Below are positions 55,115-64,000 of a DNA stretch of 64,000 bases, piece after piece. Source of the stretch: the human T2T-CHM13v2.0 reference genome, Homo sapiens; assembly GCF_009914755.1 (NCBI RefSeq), contig NC_060938.1. One strand, 5' to 3'. Every line of letters starts with the position of its first letter. The first letter of the stretch is position 1. A program made the position numbers and the translations under genes. The notes under the pieces are model-generated. The model was not told the origin of the DNA. It worked only from the letters and a program-made list of their open reading frames with translations, and did not search any database.

Positions 55115-56184
55115 GTTTTTTATGTGAAGTTATATAATTATACTATTTATAAGGCAGAGAGAAAGAAAAGGAATATTTTTAAATTTTTATAGAATTATGG
55201 AGTATTTCAGAATTACGTATCTGTACAAACAAAAATGAGTCTAATAATAAAGTAAGATTGAAAAAATTTGGGTTCATCTTAACATTCCAGGACCCTATTA
55301 TGGTGGTAACAGATTTAAAACTATAAGAATGTTTCTTTTCCTACTTACTGGATTTTATTAAGTCACATCTTTTCAGCTATGTAAACAAAGTTTGTGATAT
55401 CTTTACAAAATAATTGAATTTATGGTTTATATCTGAATTCACAGGCATGGCATGGATGAGTCAAGCTCTAGTATATCTTCAGTTTATTCCAACTGTGTTA
55501 TTTGATGTGAGTTTCCTTTTTGCTTACCTCCAGCTCAGAAATCAACCTTAACCAAACTAAAGGTAAAACAACCTGCTAACATCAAACATGAGAGCATCCC
55601 CATCTAATAGGCTCTATTGACACCACCTTCCTCTGCCTATAGAAAACAAGCTCAATATTGCATTCTCAGAGTTATGTGGAAAATATATTCTTCCTTGCTC
55701 AATATTATGGACAATGGTGAGCAAGAAAAGAAGTTTTTAAACATTTTAAAAGTAGAAATCCATTTACATATACAGTTTTATGATTATAACTCTCAACGGT
55801 TATTTCAACATCTTGACTTAAAGTTTTAGGAAACTCTTAAACTGAATGTAAAGATAATTTATCTTCTATATATTTTTAATGAACAGTTCGGTACTTTAAG
55901 TTAAATATTTGAATATGCGTACACAGACACAAACGTATATTTTTTGTACATAATACTTTGTGTATGATTTTTAGTTATGATTTGTTTAAATTACACAAAT
56001 TTTAGATACACATAATTAAATTTGAAACAAATTTTAGTGGAAACACAAAGTGTGTAAGTTGGTACTAGTATATTATAGTTTTAAAAAATCACTGTTGTTT
56101 ATGTATATACACACACACATTTATATGTATAAAATATTTGTTATCCTTGATCACTTACTTTGTCTTAAAGAAATGTGCTGTACA

Positions 56185-56613
56185 CAGACATGGAATCAAC
56201 CTAAATGTCCACCAATGATAAACTGGATAAAGAAAATGTGGTACATACATACCATGGAATACTATGCAGCCATGAAAAAGAATGAGATCATGTCCTTTTC
56301 AGGAATGTGGATGGGTCAGGAGGCCATTTTCCTTGGAAAACTAACACAGGAACAGAAAACCAAATACACACTCTCAGTTATAAGTGGGAGCTAAATGATG
56401 AGAATGCATGGACACATAGAGGGGAACAACACACACTGGGGCCTTTCAGAGGGTGAAGGGTGGGAGGAGGGAGAGGATAAGGAAAAACAACCAATGGGAA
56501 ATAGACTTAAAACCTGGATGATGAAACAATCTGTACAACAAACCCCCATGACACAAGTTTACTTATGCAACAAACCTGCACTTACAGCCCTGAACTTAAA
56601 AGTTAAAAAAAAA
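56185..56613 (+). mobile_element. L1PA13-16-type 3' fragment
   Basis: [28 protein letters not shown], then a 3' UTR ending CTGAACTTAAAAGTTAAAAA; TSD core GTGCTGTA on both sides. Confidence 0.92.
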
Positions 56614-57396
56614 GTGCTGTAAATTAAGAGTGTACTTCCAAGGAGGACAAAATTTGCTGAAAAATCAATTAAAATGGGAAATGGGATGAGGTATAGTAAT
56701 TCAAACAGAGGTTTTGTCTATATTTTGCCAAATAAATTTTTTCTTTAGCGTAAATTGACATAGAATATTTATTGTATGCATGTACCAAGCCAAAGTTTGA
56801 TAGACCTGTAGCTCACTAAATTAATGTGTTTTCATGGTGTTGTGGAAACAGTTTGACTCTATTTTAGTGCTTTGCCAAACGATATTATCTCTTTTAGGCT
56901 AGCTCTCTTCAGTGTCAGTTAGCGGTTAGAAGTACAGACCTTAGAGTGTAACCTTGATTTCCCCATGTGCATATTTATTTAATTAGGCCAATTTTCTTAC
57001 ATATTTAATCTTTATTTAAATATACAGTATTACAGAGTGTTACATCTACAGTTTGTCACGTGTATGTACATGTGTATGATCTTTATTTGCAAAAGTAGTG
57101 CCACTGACAGTGGTTTTGATTAACTTGTGGATGTGGTTGAGAAAATGTACGCATCATTAACAGTGCTTTCCACATTGAACATATTACATTTGTGGTTGCA
57201 GGAGCTGTTTGCAAAACCTGTTGTGATTTGCTCTTGTCTTTTTCTGTTTGGTGTGAAATCTTTATCCAGAAAAAACTAATCTAGATTGTGGCAAAACCTA
57301 CCTCTAATAGGGGATTCTGCTCTGTTAGAATGTAGGACATGTCACTGCAGTGATGCAGAGAGAAGGCTGGTAGTTTTTTTTTCCATCATTATTGAT

Positions 57397-57673
57397 CTTT
57401 TTAATTTTTAATTTTTATGGTTACATAGTAGGTGTATTATTCATGGGGTATGTGAGATATTTTGATACAGGCATATAATGCATAATAATCACATCACGGC
57501 AAATGGGGTATCCATCACCTCATGCATTTATCCTTTGTGTTACAAACAATCCAATTATATGATTTTAGTTATTTTAACATGTACAATTAAATTATTATTG
57601 ACTATAGTCATTCCGTTGTGTTGTCAAATAGTAAATCTCATTCATTCTTTCTAACTACTGTTTTTGTACCCAT
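57397..57673 (-). mobile_element. L1MA2/3-type 3' UTR fragment
   Basis: TACATAGTAGGTGTA..ATGGGGTA..TTTTGATACAGGCAT..CCTTTGTGTTACAAACAATCCAATTATA; TSD CATCATTATTGAT / CATTATTATTGAT. Confidence 0.88.
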
Positions 57674-59093
57674 CATTATTATTGATAATAATCTATCATT
57701 ACTGCAGTTTAGCAGTAGAATTTATTGAATGAATTGTTAAATTGTACAAAATAGTTTTACCAAATATAGCATGGTCTATCTGATCATACCATGCTAAAGT
57801 ACAGCATAGTCAGATAGAAATTAACATAGTATGGAATGGGAAAAATATCAAAATGCTGTCACTTTTTGTGGAAATAACATATGAATACAACTTATAATTT
57901 TTAAGTTATTAAACTATGTATTCAGGGTGTACACAAGAAAAGTAAAATGCAATGTTAATGTTGTGTTACATGAATTATATTTTTGGGTTTTCCAAACTTC
58001 TTAGTTTATAGTGAAAGCATTATTCAGACATTGAAGCCACCGCTATTTATTGGTGCTTTCTGTTAATAACTCTATGACACTTCCACCTTCTAAGTCCTCA
58101 CAAAGGCACTGGGAAGATTCACATTCATAACAAGTATGGAACCCAGAGTGGGGGGTTGTAGCTATGAAATTTACCTCTTAAACCCATAGCATATCTTTGG
58201 CAATGAAAATAAGTTACATTAAAATTTCCCCCAAGCCCTCCTCACCTTTGAGAATAATAATGTTCTTAATTCTACTAAAACATTTGAAAAGCTAGGACGA
58301 GTCCAAGAATCTGCCAAGAAGGGAAAACTACCAGGTGTTTAAATGGCGAGCATCCATGGGATACAGTTGAATGAATAAAGATGAATAGGGATGAAACATT
58401 TAGTTTGAAATAAATTTAAGTGAAAATTAATCCAGGCTATGACTGAAATATAATTTAATCTGTTCATTTTACTCTAGTTAACCCCTACATATAAAAATAA
58501 GCACTGAGAAAACAGGAACTTGGTATAATATATATTGTAAAAACATATGGTCAGTATCCAACAAGAGTGTCAACCTCAAAACCAAGAAAACATACTGCTC
58601 CCACTAGACAAAAATTAAAATTGGGAAGCCTGTTAAGTGCACAGCCAGAAAAAAATATGATGTATATTATAGGAAATGGGAAAGATAAACCAAACAGGAA
58701 AAGATAAAATATAAAGTTGCCAACTTTGTAAGAAATTTCATCAAGATGGGTCCTTATCTTTCACAGATAGATAATCATACCTATGATGGAAACTGTAAGC
58801 AAAGGATTGAGCCAGAACAAAATACTTTTCAGTTTCTGTTTATTCGTTATTTTTCTTTTATAGGAAACAAAATATCAATAGAAGCATAACTGGAGGTTTT
58901 TGGGATTAAGCCCTCGGCCAGTCATGTCTGCAGAGAACATATTTTCCTTGTTTCTAGTGGCAAATTATTTAGACGTTATCTTGGATTTTCTGAAACTTAT
59001 AATTTCAAATATTTTCTTTATTTTAGACCACGTATCAAGGATTGAGTTTTGGTACATAAATAGTTTAGCATTTGCTTTTCTCTGAAAGATAGT

Positions 59094-59225
59094 GTATTAG
59101 TGTTCCCTAGAGAACAACACCAGTAGGGTGTGTGTGTGTGTGTGTGAATATGTGTGTGTGTGCATATGTTTGTGTGTATGTATAGAGAGAAGGAAAAAAA
59201 TAAGTTAATTTATTTTAAAAAATTT
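59094..59225 (-). mobile_element. MLT2 LTR 3'-end fragment with internal (TG)n
   Basis: TGTATTAG..GTTCCCTAGAGAACA..CCAGTAGG followed by (TG)n and ATTTATTTTAA, as in MLT2 reverse ends. Confidence 0.6.
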
Positions 59226-59235
59226 AAAGGAATTC

Positions 59236-59417
59236 CAGTAAGTAATGCATATAACATACAAAATATGTGTTAATTGACTGTTTATGTTATCAGTAAGGCT
59301 GCCAGTCAACAGTGGGTTATTAGTAGTTAAGTTTTGGGGGAGTCAAGATTTATACACAGGTTTTTAATTGCTTACGGAGTTAGTGCCCCTCACTCCAATG
59401 TTGCTGAAGGTTAACGG
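59236..59417 (+). mobile_element. Tigger2 (MER2-group DNA transposon) terminal fragment
   Basis: AACATACAAAATATGTGTTAAT..TTTATGTTATC.GTAAGGCT..TTAGTAGTTAAGTTTTGGGG; the degenerate TIR GTTGCTGAAGGTTAACGG is followed by TA. Confidence 0.85.
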
Positions 59418-59964
59418 TACTAAATTTAAAAAACAGTTATTCTTAAGTAGATCACATACACACATGTAAAATTACAACATGTGTTCTGTGTTCAAACATG
59501 TAAAGACATAACGCCGCATATTGTGCTTGATTTTAAATAATTAAAATTCTGCAGAAGTATAGTTTGATAATCGTAATAGATATTCCTAGGAAAGTATAAA
59601 GCCCAATTATTTTATATTTAGGTTGTTTCCAATATTGTTTTAGTTGTAAACATATGTGAACTAAATATGTCTAGCATTGGCATAATCATATTACCAGTTC
59701 ACCTCTTTAATATCCAAGATGTTATGTTTGCTCATGCTCATCAGCTTCTTAATCTTATCATAGGTAAGGATGCTAAACACATTTCTACTGATTTCAAATT
59801 ATTTAAAATATGTGAATAATTCTGTATATTTTTGTATTTAAGTGGAAAAATAGAAATTAATTCCATATATTTAATCATGATTTTTAGTATAATATTTTAT
59901 GACCACATATCATAAAATCATTGCTATAAATGGTCAGAATTGTTAACATATGTTTAAAAGACTA

Positions 59965-60725
59965 TTGGAATGAAAAGGATGTATTTTGGATATGAGAATG
60001 ACATAGGACATGAATTTTGGAGTCCAGGATGAAATGCTATGGACTGAATTGTGTCTCTCCAAAATGCATATGTTGAGATCTATCTTAGACAGCTCAGGCT
60101 GCTATAGCAAAATATCATAGATTAGCTGGCTTATAAGCAACAGAAATTTATTTATGATAGTTCTGGAGGCTGGGAAATACAATATCAAGGTGCCAGCAGA
60201 TTCAATGTCTGGTGAGGGCCCATTTTGTTTTCCATAAATGATTGTCTTTCCCCTGTGTCCTCACATGGCAGAAGGAGTGAGGGACTTTTCGGGAATCCCT
60301 TTCGTAAGAGTACTAATCCCATTCATGAATGTTCTGTCTTCCAGATCTCATCATTTCTCAAAGAACCCACCTCCAAATACCGTCACATTGGTAATTAGGT
60401 TTCTACATATGACTTTTGAGAGGACATAAACCTGCAGTCTGTAACCACCCCTAACCCCCAATGTCATGGTATTTGAAGATGGGGTCTTTGGGAGACTATT
60501 AGATTTAAATGAGGTCATGAGAGTAGAGATTAATGTCCTCAATCTCCAACGATGGGATTGGTGGCCTTCATAAAAAAGGTGACAGAGTGCTTGCTGTCTC
60601 TTTCTCTCTTTGCCATGTGAGAACATAGCAAGAAGGCATTTCTGGCAAGAAACCAACAATGCTGGCACCGGATTTCTAGCTTCTAACCTGCCACCCAGTC
60701 CATGGAGTCTTGAGCAGACTAAGAA
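59965..60725 (+). mobile_element. MLT1A/A0-type LTR (60035-60080 and ~60448-60725) with a short internal 3' remnant upstream
   Basis: GGACATGAATTTTGG..purine-rich tract then TGCTATGGACTGAAT; resumes CCCTAACCCCCAATGTCATGGTATTTGAAGATGGGG and ends GAGCAGACTAAGA. Confidence 0.8.
60081..60447 (-). mobile_element. MLT1A/MSTD-type LTR nested antisense in the previous LTR
   Basis: CAGGCTGCTATAGCAAAATATCATAGA..GGCTTATAAGCAACAGAAATTTATT..TTCTGGAGGCTGGGAA..GGACATAAAC..CAGTC. Confidence 0.85.
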
Positions 60726-62893
60726 AGATACAGTAACAGAGAAGTAAGATTAAAATAAATATTCAAAAAAGCCAATGTTAAAGAAAAAATGAAATCCTTC
60801 AGTTAAATATCAAACCTGGTTATTGAAACTAAATGCTATGCAAAGTCACTGAGCTACTTGTGAAATATCAATATTGCATTATCAGCTGATTGAAGTGTCA
60901 TATTTGCCCCAGTTTTGTCACTTGGATTCCATGTTCATAGTGTACATAGCATATATGGCCAGAAATTTTCAAAGTGCCTGAATATGTGTTGCCAGTTGTA
61001 AATACAACTATGTATTTGTCATCAGTTGATGAATCTCGTCTTATATCTTACTCAAATAGGGTAAATTTAAGATATCTTTAAATTTATTATAATGTCATTA
61101 AAATTAAAGAGCACCTTATAGTTTTATGCTTTACACATTTCATAATTTACTTAACAAAATAATTTAGGTAAATAAACCACTAGATTAAAAAAAAAGTAAT
61201 TCTAGTGGTTACACATTGGTCCCCAACCTTTAAATTTTCAGGTAAATTCTGTTATCATTCATGGTGGATGTGGTTCTGTCTTAGGCACTAGATATAGTTT
61301 CTTAGCCTTATCTTCAACAGCTGTGAAAGAAATCTTCTAGCCCTCTCTGATTTTAATTTAGATGTGGAATAGTCTATCCTGAAGCTTCTTCATCTATAGA
61401 GCCCTCTCCACTTAAACTTTAAGGAGCATGACTTGAGATTAGGAAAAAATGTTCTACAAGTTCCTTAATTGTTCTACCGAATCTCACAAGAAGCAGACAG
61501 AAGATTTCAGTTGGGTTTAAAAGATTGATAAGCAGATTTCAAAATGGCTCCAGGGCAGATCTTCAAACCATAAATAATACTCTCACTGAGAAATCATGCT
61601 TCTAAATATTTTAACTATCTGGAGAGAGTGCTCCTTTCTCAGAAAAGTATATGATGACCTTTCCTTTAAAATAAACTAAATTTATGTATACGTTAATAGT
61701 AAATAATTGGTATTCTCAATTTCATACATAATTGGTTTATTTTTCTGTCTTTGACTATTGACTAAGAAAGCACAGGCATCCATCTTAAAACGCCACAGGT
61801 AAGACGTCTTCAGAGGCCACCCCTCTAGACTGTGTCATGGAGGTATTGTCTGTGTGCACCCTCATAGAGGTGATGGAAGAAGGTGCATATAATTTTCCCA
61901 GAAAAGGATATTGCAGTGAATTATATTTTGCTAGATAAGTAGATGACTAGAGATAAATAGAGATAGCTAAGATAGAGGAAGAGATAGTCAGTGAATGGAC
62001 TCAGATAAAGAATGCCTTAATTGTGTACTGGCTCTGCTACTCCTAACTGAACTTGAGCGCATCGGTTACTCTCTTTTTATGAAAATAGGATTGTAAAACC
62101 TATGAGATGATGGATGACAAAGTAATCTAATATTAGTGACTCAAATGGCACATCCTTGTTTAAATAATCCTAATGCAGTCTGACACATCCTTTAAAACAC
62201 ATGGGGAAAAAGGAGATAATGAAACTCCCGGTTGGAATAATGTGTGTTTGTCTATTCATCTAATTCTTCTTCCTTGAGAAAGAACTGTATTTGACCCAGC
62301 ATTTTGAAAAGTTGTACCAATATTTGTATACAGCTTTCATATTTTTTTTTTCTCTAATAGGTGCTTTTTTTTCTGAAGCTTTGGTAGTGTAACTGTAAGA
62401 GTCCTGGAATTGGAAAAGCAAATCCAGAAGTTGAGTTCCATGACTTTTTTGCTGTTTGCCTTTGGGTAAGTCTATGATATCCAGTTTCTGCATCTCTCAA
62501 TTTTGTTATAAAGACTAAATAAGGTAGTATACATGTACACATGTACAGCTAGACTGTAAATCACTATTCAAGTATGTGTTGTTTTCATCATGTTTCTATA
62601 GAAAAGAGGAAACTTTTCTATTATGTAATACGTTTTTAATTTACAAACTATAAACTTGATTACAATTTGTACTTGCCTTTGGCCATGCTGTGTTTTTTCT
62701 AATCGACGAGTGACTGTCATGCAAGAGGTTGGGGGGAAAAGAAAACCCGCATTCTTCACATAGCCCTTGCATTTAAGAGGTTAAAAAATTGTTTTAGGTC
62801 ACAGACACCTCTGGTTTTCACAGTTTATCATGGTTTCATTTGAGCTTGGTGCCATGAAAGGTGTGATTGGTCTTAATATAGAGTTTTATTTCT

Positions 62894-62894
62894 A

Positions 62895-62933
<39 letters not shown>

Positions 62934-63201
62934 TTGAGACAGTCTCGCTCTGTCGCCCAGGCTGGACACTCTGCTCACTGCAAGCTCCGCCTTCCGGGTT
63001 CACGCCATTCTCCTGCCTCAGCCTCCTGAGTAGCTGGGACTACAGGCACCCGCCACCATGCCCGGCTAAGTTTTCGTATTTTTAGTAGAGACGGGGTGTC
63101 ACCGTGTTAGCCAGGATGGTCTTGATTTCCTGAGCTCGTGATCCGCCTGCCTCAGTCTCCCAAAGTGCTGGGATTACAGGCGTGAGCCACCGCGCCCGGC
63201 C
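62894..63201 (-). mobile_element. AluY with (TTA)n tail and a small internal deletion
   Basis: AluY diagnostics GCAAGCTCCGCC, CACGCCATTCTCC and ACCGTGTTAGCCAGGATGG; TSD AGTTTTATTTCT / AGTTTTACTTCT. Confidence 0.93.
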
Positions 63202-63261
63202 AGTTTTACTTCTTAAAGAAAACATCCAAGACAGAAAGATGTGCTTTGTTGTTGTAGTAGT

Positions 63262-63469
63262 AGAAGGAAGGAAGGAAGGAAGGAAGGAAGGAAGGAAGGA
63301 AGGAAGAAAGGAAGGAAGGAAGGAAGAAAGAAAGGGAGAGAGAGAAAGAGAGAGAGAAAGAGAGAAAGAGAGACAGAGAGGAAGGAAAGGAAGGAAGGAA
63401 GGAAGAAAGCAAGGAAGAAAGGAAGAAAGAAAGAGAAAGAAAGGGGGGGAGAGAGAGAGGAGGAAAAGG
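63262..63469 (+). repeat. (GGAA)n / GA-rich purine tract
   Basis: Ten uninterrupted GGAA at 63266-63305, followed by further GGAA/GAAA/GA blocks over ~200 nt that are almost entirely purine. Confidence 0.95.
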
Positions 63470-64000
63470 TAAAAAACATATATTAAATGTTGACACTGGC
63501 ACCAATATTGAGAAAAGTATCTTCTAAAATCGGAGGTAAACAGTACTACATTTTACTGTGCTTAAACATTGTTTTAATGTCCACCAAATGTAGGCACAGA
63601 AAAAAACCAACGTACACACATTTTACAGACTCTGACTAAAGGGGAAAACAATTCTAAAGCAGATGTTTCTTTTCTCCCTTTTGAACAAATATTTTATTGA
63701 AATTCTTCACACCAGACTTTATTAATTAATCTGAAAAAGAGAGTGAGGGGTGATGCTGATTCTAATCACAGGAAACAGATAACAAACTGTGGTCCATTTT
63801 TCCTGTCTCTGTCTGACATCAGCATCTGGTTCCTTGGCAGGCTCTGTCAACCTTTGCGTTGACATCCTAGGAGCTGCCTCAGCTCTGTCAGTTTCCTGGA
63901 TGTCGCCGTTGGGCTGAGGCTCACCACAATCATTTTATTTTGTTGTTACTCGCACTGGGTCTTAATGAAATTCTTCCTTCTGCTTCTGCAATCATAGAAA

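Noticed and set aside
61790-61806. Strong splice donor CAG|GTAAGA
   Set aside because: It is an isolated motif with no convincing paired acceptor or reading frame.
63182-63505. Four overlapping 81-99 aa ORFs
   Set aside because: They are artefacts of the stop-free GGAA/GA microsatellite.

Overview
AT-rich primate (most likely human) non-coding genomic DNA, either intergenic or deep intronic. I could not identify the locus. I find no supportable protein-coding gene. Every ORF in the track that I can recognise comes from L1, ERVL gag, an L2-type RT, Alu, MaLR or microsatellite sequence, and the rest look like chance ORFs. Roughly half the window is interspersed repeat. This includes a full-length dead L1PA7/8-type LINE (33852-40273, minus, 17-bp TSD), a two-LTR MST MaLR element (28777-31019), the 5' half of an ERVL provirus (8779-11548), two large ancient L1 hosts riddled with later insertions, many solo LTRs, three full Alus, and MIR/L2/DNA-transposon relics. 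I see no evidence for a new biological system. The best second-look items are retrotransposition and repair oddities. (1) An L1PA4/5-type insertion shows a twin-priming 5' inversion plus an apparent ~75-bp 3' transduction. (2) A highly diverged U6 snRNA copy is fused directly to L1 ORF1 sequence, a probable ancient U6/L1 chimera. (3) A gag segment is copied into the LTR of the ERVL provirus and still reads in frame. (4) A tailless 5' Alu fragment has its own TSD. (5) A 66-bp direct-inverted-direct template-switch scar is present. Repeat subfamily names were assigned from remembered consensus sequences by eye and need RepeatMasker/Dfam confirmation. Boundaries of ancient repeats are approximate.
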